A stretch of 64,000 bases of DNA from Acidobacteriota bacterium (GCA_022562055.1 JADFQA010000009.1:17255-81254), one strand, 5' to 3'; counted from the first letter of the stretch, positions 1-9,645 are shown. A program made the numbers and translations. Notes: generated by a model not told the origin, from the sequence alone.

Positions 1-2
1 CT

Positions 3-1190
3 GACACGACGTCAAGCGCGGCTCCGGCCGAACCGACGACCATCAGATACTTTACGTTTTCTGCGGCGCCCGACAATCTCACGGTTCTCGATGAGATGAT
101 CGCAGCCTTCGAAGCGCAAAACCCTGATGTCAAGGTCGAGGTGGAGACGGCACCCTTCGACGACTACTTCACTCTGTTGCAAACTCAGATCGCGGGAGGG
201 GATGCTCCCGACACTTTTGAGCTCAACTTTGAGAACTTCGTGTCGTTTGCATCGAAGGGCACCCTTGCTGACCTCGGTCCTCTAACCGCAGCCGACTCGG
301 GCTTCGATGGCGGAGCTTACTACCAACCGGCGTTTGACGCCTTTTCGGTGGGTGGCACGCAGTACGGGCTGCCGGCGAGCTACTCGACTGTCATGCTGTT
401 CTACAACAAGGACCTATTCGACGCCGCAGGTGTCGCGTACCCGACCGACACTTGGACATGGTCTGACGAACGTGCGGCGGCGGAGGCCATTGGTGCCACC
501 GACGAGAACGTTTGGGGATCCTTTGCGGGTGTCCAGTTCTGGGAGTTCTACAAGACCGCGGCTCAGAACGGTTGCTCGTTCTTCTCCGGTGATCAGGTAA
601 CGCTCAACGATGCCGGTTGTGTAGATGCGCTCCAGTTCATGATCGACAATGTCAACAGCGGTCTGCAGCCGACCTCGGCAGACATGGGCGGAGTTTCCGA
701 TGGTGACATGTTCATCAACGGAGAACTCGGCATGATCACGACCGGGATCTGGATGTTCTCAGCATTCGAAGACAACGACTTTGGTTGGGATGTCGTCGTT
801 GAGCCTGGGAACACCCAAGGCGGAAGCCACTTCTTCGCTAATGGCGTTGCGGTTTCTGCAGCCTCCGACAAGCAGGAAGCTGCCTACCGGTGGTTGCGGT
901 TCTTCACGTCGAGTGATGAATCAGCTCGGCTTCGGGTCGGTGCGTCCTGGGAACTCCCAACGTTGACCGATTCGTCGCTGTACGACGAGTACCTAGCAGC
1001 GGAGTCGCCGGCGAACCGCGCTGCGGTGCTTGCGTCGCTTGCGAACGTTGTCGTTCCTCCGGTAATCGAGCGTCAGGCAGAGATGCAGGACTCGCTGAAC
1101 AGCCTCATCGAGAGGGCGTTGGCTGGCGAAATGACCGTGCAGGAGGCACTCGACCAGGCGAAAGCAGAGGTTGAGGCCCTTCTCAACTAA
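3..1190 (+). CDS. Sugar ABC transporter substrate-binding protein, 5'-partial; probable cycloalternan/isomalto-oligosaccharide binder
   Basis: Frame is open from base 3 (DTTSSAAPAEPTTIRYFTFS...). SBP_bac_1-type motifs QTQIAGGDAPDTFELN, LFYNKDLFDAAG, TWTW and WDVVVEP are present. It lies directly upstream of GH31 and GH15. Confidence 0.9.
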   Translation, partial: DTTSSAAPAEPTTIRYFTFSAAPDNLTVLDEMIAAFEAQNPDVKVEVETAPFDDYFTLLQTQIAGGDAPDTFELNFENFVSFASKGTLADLGPLTAADSGFDGGAYYQPAFDAFSVGGTQYGLPASYSTVMLFYNKDLFDAAGVAYPTDTWTWSDERAAAEAIGATDENVWGSFAGVQFWEFYKTAAQNGCSFFSGDQVTLNDAGCVDALQFMIDNVNSGLQPTSADMGGVSDGDMFINGELGMITTGIWMFSAFEDNDFGWDVVVEPGNTQGGSHFFANGVAVSAASDKQEAAYRWLRFFTSSDESARLRVGASWELPTLTDSSLYDEYLAAESPANRAAVLASLANVVVPPVIERQAEMQDSLNSLIERALAGEMTVQEALDQAKAEVEALLN

Positions 1191-1196
1191 CAACTC

Positions 1197-1235
1197 CGTG
1201 AGGGCGGAGCGTCTCTTGTGCGCTCCGCCCTCACG
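1197..1235 (+). terminator. Perfect 15-bp stem-loop after the binding-protein gene (mRNA stabiliser or attenuator)
   Basis: CGTGAGGGCGGAGCG (1197-1211) pairs with CGCTCCGCCCTCACG (1221-1235) around a 9-nt loop. There is no U-tract. Confidence 0.75.
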
Positions 1236-1258
1236 TCTACCGAAACTCGGAGACAACT

Positions 1259-3835
1259 TTGGTTGATGTGTTGGATCATGACCCCGCGGGCGATCGAAAT
1301 CCGTACGAGTCGGTGCCTTGGTCGCGCAACCCTCTGCTACCTACATCGCTCGACGAGGTAGCGATTGGTGTGCGGACCCACGAGGATTTTGACTCTGTTG
1401 CCATCGAATGGCGATCAGAGCATCAGGCGACTCGCGTTGCTCTTGGCAAAACGGGCGATGTGTGGTCAGCAACGTTCGGTCCGTTCGATGTCAGTGGTGA
1501 GTATCGATTTGTCGCGTCTCGTTCTTCATCCGAGCCGAACACTGTGTCAGAGTGGTTTCTCTTGCCCGTTTCTCGTTGGGAGTCGGTGGCGCTTTCGTCC
1601 GTGGTCGGCGACTCAGACCGCCTTTACGTTGTAGGCGACGGTGCCGTTCTCACCCTCAGTTCGCTCGGAGCCGATGTCGTCGACTGGAATCTGACGGTAC
1701 GCTCGGTTGATACCGATTCCGGCACGTCGGCTAAATGCGGGGAGTGGACCGCAACTGTTGACAATGGTCGACTCACGATGTCTCGCGAAGGCATGTCTCT
1801 CATAATTTCGGTAGAGATCCTTCGCGCTGACGGATTGCTGACCGGATGGCGGCTGTCCTGGGAACTTGACCCTTCGGAGCGAATCTTTGGCACGGGGGAG
1901 CGTTTCGACAGCTTTGACCAACGAGGCAGAACGCCCGATGTCAGGGTGTACGAGCAGTACAAGCAGCAAGGGGATCGAACCTATTTTCCTCTCCCTTGGC
2001 TGTGGTCAACCCGTGGGTACGGCCTTGCCATTCACGGCCAATCCCGAATTGCGTACGACCTGGGTTCGGCGAACCCGAATCTGGCGTCCGTAACCATTCC
2101 CGGTACCTCCGAAGCTTCGGGACGCTGGTACTTTGGCGAACCGAAATCCATGTTGCGGGCGTATGCGAAGGATGTCGGTGCGCCGACTCCGTTGCCGCTG
2201 TGGGCCTATGGGCCGTGGATGTCTGGGAACGAATGGGACAGTGATCGCAGCGTACGCGAAGTTGTAGACCGGACTAGGGCCGAGGGCATCCCGTCAACTG
2301 TGATTGTGATCGAGGCTTGGTCCGATGAGGTCACCTTTTACCTTTTCAACGGAACGGAGTACGACCCGGTTGATGGCGGTGACGCTGTCTCGACCGACAA
2401 CATGAGACACGGAGAGCAATGGCCCGATCCAAAGGGTCTTGTTGACTGGTTGCACCAACAGGGGATTCGGGTTCTGTTGTGGCAGATTCCTCTTCTGAAG
2501 AACGTCCAAGGTCATGTACAACACGACGCCGACATGCGGCATGTGGACCAAGCTCAGCTATCCGTACGCACTACGGGAGGGGACCCCTACTTCAACCGAG
2601 GCTGGTGGTTCCCCGGTTCTCAGGTGATCGACTTCACGAATCCGGAGGCGCGCACGTGGTGGTTCAACAAACGATCGTATCTACTCGACGAGGTTGGGAT
2701 TGATGGGTTCAAGACCGACGGCGGTGAGCACCTGTGGGGCGACGATGTAATCACGTATGCCGGTGAGGTTGGGGACGAAGCTGCAAATGCGTACCCGGCG
2801 CACTACATCGAGGCATATCACGCGTTCCTCCGCGGCCACGGCCATAGCCAACCGGTTACGTTTAGCCGCGCCGGATTCACTGGCGCCCAGACGTATCCAG
2901 CTCACTGGGCGGGGGATGAGGACTCCACATGGGACGCTTTTCGAGCATCTCTGACCGCCGGACTGTCGGCTGCCGCGTCGGGCATTGCTTTTTGGGGATG
3001 GGATCTTGCAGGCTTCTCCGGCGAGTTGCCCACGGCGGAGCTGTATATGAGGTCGACAGCGATGGCCGCTTTCTGCCCGATCATGCAGTACCACTCTGAG
3101 CACAACGAACATCGTCTGCCGTCTGCCGACCGCACTCCTTGGAACGTTGCGTCGGTCACCGAGGCCCCAGAGGTGGTTGAGGTGTACAGGTTCTACGCGA
3201 GGTTGCGGATGAACCTCGTTCCGTATCTATTCGGTCTTGGAATCGAGGCGGCCAGGGATTGCCTTCCCATCATTCGTCCGTTGGCCGTTGAATTTCCCGA
3301 CGACGCGCAAGCCGGTGGCATCGACGACCAATTCCTCCTGGGTCCTAACGTCCTCGTTGCGCCGGTGGTGACGCCCGGAGCGACCGAGCGGCGCGTCTAT
3401 TTGCCGGCTGGTACTTGGTTCAATTTTTGGAACGGTGAGCGGGTTGGCGATGGATGGGTCGACGTCTCGGTCGAAACACACCTTCTCCCAGTGTTCGTCA
3501 GGGCCGGATCGTGCATACCGCTCTGGATGCCCGAGTCGATCGAACTGGGGACCGATGTCGCCCTACCGGACAGGGATTCGGGTCGCCTTGTGCTGATGGC
3601 TTTTCCCGGTTCAGCTCGGACCACCGGTGTCGATCCTGTGACGTCATCCGAATGGACCGTTGAGCTCTTGGCGGAGGGGCAGACGCTCAAGGTGTCGGCC
3701 GAGGGCATGCCTTCGAACACCGTTCTGTGGATCCGAGAGCAGGGATCCTCGGAGGGTCGCCGGCGTGATTACGAATTGGGTCTCGCTGCTGGAACATCCA
3801 ACATCACCATCGACTTGACCTTCGATGTCTCTTAG
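1259..3835 (+). CDS. GH31 glycoside hydrolase, CtsY/cycloalternan (CNN)-degrading type
   Basis: Motifs GERFDSFDQRG, EQYKQQG, SGNEW, IEAWSDE, WPDPKG, NRGWWFP, nucleophile GFKTDGGEH, WAGDEDSTW, WGWDLAGFSG and MQYHSE match Kribbella Kfla1895 as I recall it. No signal peptide. Confidence 0.9.
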   Translation: MVDVLDHDPAGDRNPYESVPWSRNPLLPTSLDEVAIGVRTHEDFDSVAIEWRSEHQATRVALGKTGDVWSATFGPFDVSGEYRFVASRSSSEPNTVSEWFLLPVSRWESVALSSVVGDSDRLYVVGDGAVLTLSSLGADVVDWNLTVRSVDTDSGTSAKCGEWTATVDNGRLTMSREGMSLIISVEILRADGLLTGWRLSWELDPSERIFGTGERFDSFDQRGRTPDVRVYEQYKQQGDRTYFPLPWLWSTRGYGLAIHGQSRIAYDLGSANPNLASVTIPGTSEASGRWYFGEPKSMLRAYAKDVGAPTPLPLWAYGPWMSGNEWDSDRSVREVVDRTRAEGIPSTVIVIEAWSDEVTFYLFNGTEYDPVDGGDAVSTDNMRHGEQWPDPKGLVDWLHQQGIRVLLWQIPLLKNVQGHVQHDADMRHVDQAQLSVRTTGGDPYFNRGWWFPGSQVIDFTNPEARTWWFNKRSYLLDEVGIDGFKTDGGEHLWGDDVITYAGEVGDEAANAYPAHYIEAYHAFLRGHGHSQPVTFSRAGFTGAQTYPAHWAGDEDSTWDAFRASLTAGLSAAASGIAFWGWDLAGFSGELPTAELYMRSTAMAAFCPIMQYHSEHNEHRLPSADRTPWNVASVTEAPEVVEVYRFYARLRMNLVPYLFGLGIEAARDCLPIIRPLAVEFPDDAQAGGIDDQFLLGPNVLVAPVVTPGATERRVYLPAGTWFNFWNGERVGDGWVDVSVETHLLPVFVRAGSCIPLWMPESIELGTDVALPDRDSGRLVLMAFPGSARTTGVDPVTSSEWTVELLAEGQTLKVSAEGMPSNTVLWIREQGSSEGRRRDYELGLAAGTSNITIDLTFDVS

Positions 3836-5006
3836 TTCTTCAAGACGCCCCCTCATCCAGTCGAGTATTGATCTGATCGGGCACTATCAAGCATCTACCG
3901 GTGCGTATCTGGCGGCTCCGGGGTACAGAACGTACGAGTACAGCTGGTTGCGCGATGGAGCCTTTATCGCCGCCGCCATGGATGCGCACGGCGAACCCGC
4001 TAGTGCTCGCGCGTTTCACACATGGGTAGCCGGCACCGTTGAACGCTACGCCTCGAAGGTTTTGGATCTGGAGGCGAATGTTGAGCTTGCCGTCAGCCGG
4101 ACCCCGGATCCGTTGGTTCCGCTCGACGGGAGGTACGTACTGCACACGCGGTTCACCGTTGATGGTGACGAGGCTGTCGGAGCATGGGGAAATTTCCAGC
4201 TCGATGGTTACGGATTTTGGCTGACCAGCGTTGTTCGCCATCTCGAAAAGACTGGGGCCGATCCGGCGCCCTTCATCAATGCGATCGACCTTGTATGTCG
4301 GTATCTCTCGATCACGTGGAAGCTTTCGTGTTACGACTGCTGGGAAGAGTTTCCGACACGCCACCACACGACGACGCTCGCGGCGGTTGCCGGAGGTTTA
4401 CAGCGGAGCGCAGGGTTGTTGCAAAACGATTCGGTGAACGCAGTAGCCGGTCTCATCACCGATCGACTGCGTGAGCGCGCCGGCGCAAGCGGTGTACTTC
4501 GGAAATTTGTCCATGATCGGGTTCCCGAGATTGCGAAAGTAGAAACGCCGGCGCCAGGTGCCGTTGCGGGGCACGAACGAGTCGGTAGGGTCCTTGGCGA
4601 AGGGGCGATCGATGGGAGCATCCTTCTCGTGCTCGGGGATTTTGGTCTAGACGGATCTGAGGTGGATATCAGGCGGCGCACTCTGGCGGCAGTCGAAGCG
4701 ACGTTGGTAGTGGAAAGTGGTGTCCATAGGTACCTTGAGGATGAGTACTACGGGGGAGGTCTGTGGATTGTCCTGGCCGGTGCCCTTGCGTGTGTGCAAG
4801 CAGAGCACCGCGTTGAACGAGCCAACGACATTCTGGACTGGATCGAGCATCAAGCCGACGGCGATGGTCACCTCAGTGAGCAGACGGACTCTCATCTTCG
4901 CCACCCAGATCAGCTTCCACCGTGGGTCGACCGGTGGGGTCCTCCGGCAACACCCCTGCTGTGGTCGCACGCCATGTACCTCTTGGGAGTCGCCAGCACA
5001 CAGTGA
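3825..5006 (+). CDS. GH15 glycoside hydrolase, isomaltose glucohydrolase-like
   Basis: Motifs YSWLRDG, FQLDGYG, YDCWEE, GVHRY..D.YYGGG, LSEQ and TPLLWSHAMY match Kfla1896 as I recall it. It overlaps the GH31 stop. Confidence 0.9.
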   Translation: MSLSSSRRPLIQSSIDLIGHYQASTGAYLAAPGYRTYEYSWLRDGAFIAAAMDAHGEPASARAFHTWVAGTVERYASKVLDLEANVELAVSRTPDPLVPLDGRYVLHTRFTVDGDEAVGAWGNFQLDGYGFWLTSVVRHLEKTGADPAPFINAIDLVCRYLSITWKLSCYDCWEEFPTRHHTTTLAAVAGGLQRSAGLLQNDSVNAVAGLITDRLRERAGASGVLRKFVHDRVPEIAKVETPAPGAVAGHERVGRVLGEGAIDGSILLVLGDFGLDGSEVDIRRRTLAAVEATLVVESGVHRYLEDEYYGGGLWIVLAGALACVQAEHRVERANDILDWIEHQADGDGHLSEQTDSHLRHPDQLPPWVDRWGPPATPLLWSHAMYLLGVASTQ

Positions 5007-5109
5007 CAATCCAGCTGCGTTCTCCAGATTGTACATTTGCACCGACCGAAAGCTACGCCAACAATCTGTGGCGTTGGCTCGTCCGTCGGACTTGGTGGGA
5101 GAGCGAACA

Positions 5110-5469
5110 ATGATATACCCCTTCAGTTTCACATTCTTCTTGACCGGTAGCACTGGCCTCCGTATCGGTGCGAACCGCCTGGAGGAGGCTTCCACCCAAT
5201 TGATGGACGCCATGCTTGTGCGCGAAACCGATGTCGTGTTCGACTCATCGGTGGGTGCGGTCCTCTCAACAGGCGAGGTCGATGTCGATGCGACGGTCAA
5301 GGCGCCGAACGAGGCTGTCGCCGCCACGATCGCCTGAGATTTCCTCATCGAGGCGATCAAGGCTGCCGGCGGTGTCGCTATGGGTATCTTCGTCTTCCCC
5401 GTAACTCACCCGCGCAAGACTCCAAGACAGGAGTGGCATGAGCGCCGGGCGGAGCTTACGACGGTCTAG
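5110..5469 (+). pseudogene. Hypothetical protein interrupted by an in-frame TGA at 5335-5337
   Basis: ATG at 5110 follows GGGAGAG. The frame continues past TGA as DFLIEAIKAAGG... to TAG at 5467-5469. No family recognised. Confidence 0.35.
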
Positions 5470-5561
5470 AGCGAAGCGAGTCAGCCGGTTCTTGTGCGTC
5501 AGCGCCAGTTGTATGCGAATCGATCTCCGTGCCAGTGACCGCCGTTGTTAGTGTGAGCGGC

Positions 5562-5966
5562 GTGAGTGTTCACTACGACTGGCGCGGGGATTTCACTAAC
5601 AAAGAGCTGAATGCGCTGCACGCCGAGGCGTTTGAAACTCGGGTGTTCGCAGATGATGAGTAGGACTGGCGGAGTCAAGTCGACCGGCACAGCCTTGGCT
5701 GGGTGGTCGCACGCGACGGGGACGCGCTGATCGGCTTTGTCAATGTTGTTTGGGACGGCCTCGTTCACGCCTGGATCCAGGACGTCATGGTTGCCGCCGA
5801 TGTCCGCCACCGCGGCGTCGGAGTCCTGATGGTCCGTGGCGCTGTCGCAGGGGCGAAGGACGCAGGGTGTGAGTGGCTGCACGTCGACTTCGACGACGAT
5901 CTCAAGACGTTCTACCTCGACGCGTGCGGGTTTACACCAACGAACGCTGGACTCATTGAGCTATAA
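5562..5966 (+). pseudogene. GNAT acetyltransferase with an in-frame TAG at 5661-5663
   Basis: Reads VSVHYDWRGDFTNKELNALHAEAF...DDE*DWRSQVDRHSLGWVVARDG..GFVNVVWDG...RHRGVG...GCEWLHVDF in one frame. TAG sits where a Trp (TGG) is expected. Confidence 0.75.
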
Positions 5967-6005
5967 GATTGCACGGAACGCTCTGGTTGGAAGATCCAAA
6001 AGAGA

Positions 6006-6033
6006 TGCCGGGGAGTAAGCGCACTCCCCGGCA
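6006..6033. terminator. 11-bp GC-rich hairpin between the convergent GNAT and nrdJ genes
   Basis: TGCCGGGGAGT / ACTCCCCGGCA with a 6-nt loop. Confidence 0.7.
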
Positions 6034-6058
6034 CCGGATCACGACTGCTACTGGGCTG

Positions 6059-9000
6059 CTAGCTGCAACCCTTGGAGTCTCCACAGTTGAGACAGCGGTA
6101 ACACGAGCCGTTGCGGATGGTGATGTGTCCGCAGGTGTCACACAACGGGGCATCGCCCATCTTGTCTGCGAGCATTGCCTGCACCGCGGCGGTTTGCACA
6201 TCCGCCGCGGACAAGATCGGTTGGGCCTGCCTCAGGTCCACAGACTCGGTTATCACTGTTGATGTCGCCACCGAACCCGCTGGTGACATCGCTACTGCTG
6301 ACGTCGCTACGGCGGGAGCCGGCCCTCGGGACGAAGGCGGCGGTGCGGCATCCACAAACCTTGCGGCGGATACTTGCACTGCGATGTCGGCTTCCATCGC
6401 TGCGTCGTTGAGATCGAGTTGTGTGCCGGCTTCTACTGCGAGTCCCTTTGGTAGTTCCGCCAGGTCTCTTTCTGGCGGGACCTGGGCGAGATCGTCACGG
6501 TGCAGGTAGTCGATGCCGAGTGACCGGAACACATAGTCGATAATCGAGTTCGACATCTTGATATGTGGATGCCCTTCGACCATGCCCCGGGGTTCAAACG
6601 TCTGGAACGTGAACGTGTCGACAAACTCTTCGAGTGGGACTCCGTACTGAAGTCCCTTGCTCACCGCAATCGCAAAACACGACAGAATGCCGCGTAGCGT
6701 GGCACCTTCCTTTGCGAGATCGATAAAGATTTCACCAAGAGTTCCGTCCTCGTACTCGCCGGTGCGGACGAACAACTTGTGGCCACCGACACGTGCCTCT
6801 TGAGTGAAGCCGACACGGCGTCCAGGCAACAGGAATCGAGGCCGTGGCATGTTGGCGTACGCTTCGGTGGGGGACATTCCGTACGGCAGCGAACCGGTGA
6901 CGGCGAAGGTTGCCACAACATCGATCTCTGCTTCGAGGGCGTCGGTGAGTTCCTCGTCCTCCTCATCGGACATGCCCCCGTCGGATTTCGCCGAGAGTGG
7001 CTGCGACGCCTTTGACCCATCGCGGTACAACGCCATCGCCTTAAGACCAAGCTCCCACGACATCCGGTACGACTCCTGGATGTCTTCAAGTGTTGCTTCG
7101 TTTGGCAGGTTGATCGTCTTGGATATGGCACCTGAGATGAACGGTTGCGCGGCAGCCATCATCTTGATGTGACCCGAATGGTGGATAAACCGTTCGCCGT
7201 ACTTGCCGTTTCGGTTAGCGCAGTCGAACACCGCGAGATGCTCAGCAAGCAGGTGCGGCGCCCCTTCAATGGTTTGGCGTCCGCAGATGTAGTCGTTTGC
7301 TTCGATGATCTCAGCCTGTGTAAAGCCGAGCGCTTTGAGCATGTCGAAGCCGGCGCCGTTGTATTCCTCGGGCGTGAAACCAAGACGCTGCATCGTCTCA
7401 TCACCAAGTGACCACTGGTTAAACGCAAAACCGAGCTCAAACACACCGGGCAGCAACGCCTCGATCGTGTCGAGGTCCTTTGCAGTGAAACCTTTGGCTC
7501 GCAGAGTGGCAGTGTTGATATGCGGCGTGCCGTGCAGGCTCATCATGCCGATCACATAGTTGATGATCTCCTCATTGTGGCTTTCCGAATATCCGAGGGT
7601 CCGCAACGCTGGGGCAACGGACTGGTTCACGATCTTGAAGTAACCACCACCAGCCAGCTTCTTGAACTTCACAAGTGCAAAATCAGGTTCGATACCGGTT
7701 GTGTCGCAATCCATCAGCAACCCAATGGTGCCCGTCGGTGCGAGGACCGTTGCCTGGGCGTTGCGGTAGCCAAACTGTTCGCCAAGTTTTACCGCAATGT
7801 TCCACGCATTGTGGGCTTCGGCGAGGAGGTCATCCGGGCAGATGTCTTGGTCGATGGAAAGTACCTGATGGCTAATGCCTTCGTACTCTTCGATCGCTAC
7901 ACCGTACGCAGCGCGGCGATGATTGCGCATCACACGAAGCATCGCATCACGGTTCTCGTCATATTTCGGGAACGGCCCGACTACAGATGCCATCTCGGCG
8001 GATGTTGCGTAGGAATAACCGGTGAGGATTGCAGTGAGTGCGCCGGCAATGGAGCGGCCCTTTTCGGAATCGTACGGAATGCCCGAGCGCATCAGTATTG
8101 AACCGAGGTTTGCGTACCCGAGTCCGAGTGTGCGGTAATCGTACGATCCCTGGGCGATTTCCTTGGAAGGAAACTGCGCCATGGTGACCGAGATCTCGAG
8201 GACGATTGTCCAGATGCGGATCGCGTGCCGGTAACCCTCAAGGTCAAACGTTGCAGTGGCGGAGTCGTAGAAGCTGACAAGGTTGAGCGATGCGAGGTTG
8301 CATGCTGTGTTGTCGAGAAACATGTACTCGGCACACGGGTTCGACGCCCTAATCTCGCCGCCGGCGGGGGAGGTGTGCCACTCGTTGATGGTGGTGTGGA
8401 ACTGCACACCGGGGTCGGCGCACGCCCACGCCGCTTCGGCGATCCTGTCCCAGAGTCCACGTGCGCTCACGGTCCGCATCACAGAACCATCGGTGCGTGC
8501 GGTGAGGTCCCAGTCGCTATCGCTGAGAACCGCCTCAACAAACTCATTTGAAAGGCGGACTGAGTTGTTGGAGTTCTGACCCGAGACGGTGAGATAAGCC
8601 TCGCCGTTGAAGTCTGCCGGGTAACCGGCAGCGATCAATGCACGGACCTTGTCTTCTTCTTTGGCTTTCCAATCAATGAAAGTCTCGATATCGGGGTGGT
8701 CGATGTCGAGGATCACCATTTTGGCTGCGCGACGGGTCGTTCCACCGGATTTGATAGCCCCGGCGGCGCGGTCGCCAACCTTGAGGAAAGACATCAGACC
8801 GGACGATTTTCCACCGCCGGAGAGCCGTTCGCCTTCGCCGCGAATACTTGAAAAGTTGGTACCGGTGCCTGATCCAAACTTGAAGAGTCGAGCTTCACGG
8901 ACCCACAGGTCCATGATCCCGCCCTCGTTGATGAGGTCGTCTTTCACAGCTTGGATGAAACAGGCGTGTGGCGATGGACGGCTGTAGGAGTCTGGCGATT

Positions 9001-9520
9001 TTTCGAGTTGTTCGGTGACGGGGTCGACAAACCAGAAACCTTGTGCAGGTCCCGAGATGCCGTAGTTGTGGTGCAGCCCGGTGTTGAACCATTGCGGCGA
9101 GTTTGGTGCAGCCATCTGGTTGACAAGCATGTAGACGAGTTCGTCTTCAAAGGCCTGGGCGTCGTGTTCGGATGCGAAGTAGCCATGGTTCTCGCCCCAC
9201 CAACGCCACGTCGAAGCGAGTCTCTCGATGACCTGGCGGGCGGAACGTTCGGGTCCGAGAATCGGATTGCCATCATCGTCGGTGATAGCCTCGCCGTTGT
9301 TGTCGAGCTGGGGAACTCCCGCCTTGCGGAAGTACTTAGAAACCATGATGTCGGCAGCTATTTGGGACCACTGTTTGGGAATCTCAGCATCGGTCATCTC
9401 GAACACTATCGAACCGTCGGGGTTGGTAATGCGCGAGTCTCGGCGGGACCATGCAACGGTTTCGTACGGGTTTTCGCCCTCATTGGTGAACCGTCGTTCG
9501 ATGCTCAGACCTTGGGTCAT
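6059..9520 (-). CDS. nrdJ: Vitamin B12-dependent class II ribonucleotide reductase
   Basis: Motifs PNSPQWFNTG, HACFI, GSGTGTN, GGTTRRAAKM, NPCAEY, APTGTI and SKTIN; TSCPD-type C-terminal domain; terminal CxxC-CxxC zinc ribbon. No intein seen. Confidence 0.97.
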   Translation of the reverse strand: MTQGLSIERRFTNEGENPYETVAWSRRDSRITNPDGSIVFEMTDAEIPKQWSQIAADIMVSKYFRKAGVPQLDNNGEAITDDDGNPILGPERSARQVIERLASTWRWWGENHGYFASEHDAQAFEDELVYMLVNQMAAPNSPQWFNTGLHHNYGISGPAQGFWFVDPVTEQLEKSPDSYSRPSPHACFIQAVKDDLINEGGIMDLWVREARLFKFGSGTGTNFSSIRGEGERLSGGGKSSGLMSFLKVGDRAAGAIKSGGTTRRAAKMVILDIDHPDIETFIDWKAKEEDKVRALIAAGYPADFNGEAYLTVSGQNSNNSVRLSNEFVEAVLSDSDWDLTARTDGSVMRTVSARGLWDRIAEAAWACADPGVQFHTTINEWHTSPAGGEIRASNPCAEYMFLDNTACNLASLNLVSFYDSATATFDLEGYRHAIRIWTIVLEISVTMAQFPSKEIAQGSYDYRTLGLGYANLGSILMRSGIPYDSEKGRSIAGALTAILTGYSYATSAEMASVVGPFPKYDENRDAMLRVMRNHRRAAYGVAIEEYEGISHQVLSIDQDICPDDLLAEAHNAWNIAVKLGEQFGYRNAQATVLAPTGTIGLLMDCDTTGIEPDFALVKFKKLAGGGYFKIVNQSVAPALRTLGYSESHNEEIINYVIGMMSLHGTPHINTATLRAKGFTAKDLDTIEALLPGVFELGFAFNQWSLGDETMQRLGFTPEEYNGAGFDMLKALGFTQAEIIEANDYICGRQTIEGAPHLLAEHLAVFDCANRNGKYGERFIHHSGHIKMMAAAQPFISGAISKTINLPNEATLEDIQESYRMSWELGLKAMALYRDGSKASQPLSAKSDGGMSDEEDEELTDALEAEIDVVATFAVTGSLPYGMSPTEAYANMPRPRFLLPGRRVGFTQEARVGGHKLFVRTGEYEDGTLGEIFIDLAKEGATLRGILSCFAIAVSKGLQYGVPLEEFVDTFTFQTFEPRGMVEGHPHIKMSNSIIDYVFRSLGIDYLHRDDLAQVPPERDLAELPKGLAVEAGTQLDLNDAAMEADIAVQVSAARFVDAAPPPSSRGPAPAVATSAVAMSPAGSVATSTVITESVDLRQAQPILSAADVQTAAVQAMLADKMGDAPLCDTCGHITIRNGSCYRCLNCGDSKGCS

Positions 9521-9575
9521 CTGGACTCTCCCTCAGTGACGTGTTCCTCGCGGCCGCCACAAGCTTGTTGTTTGC

Positions 9576-9596
9576 ATATCCACAAAATTATCCACA
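9576..9596. promoter_or_regulatory. Two DnaA boxes in the nrdJ upstream region
   Basis: ATATCCACA at 9576-9584 (1 mismatch) and a perfect TTATCCACA at 9588-9596. Confidence 0.6.
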
Positions 9597-9597
9597 T

Positions 9598-9645
9598 CCA
9601 CAACATGTAGTAGAAGGTTTTGCGTTGGCCTACTAGATATTGCGC
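9598..9645. promoter_or_regulatory. Tandem NrdR boxes
   Basis: Cores CAACATGTAG (9601-9610) and CTAGATATTG (9633-9642) fit CwAnATrTwG. They are 32 bp apart, the spacing known for NrdR box pairs, and lie upstream of nrdJ. Confidence 0.8.

Noticed and set aside
5040-5098. Imperfect hairpin after GH15 as a riboswitch
   Set aside because: No recognisable aptamer motifs. It is adequately explained as a weak terminator.
6059-9520. Intein or insertion in the long nrdJ
   Set aside because: No Cys/Ser...His-Asn splice junctions or LAGLIDADG motifs seen. The length is explained by the TSCPD domain and an Ala/Ser/Thr-rich linker.
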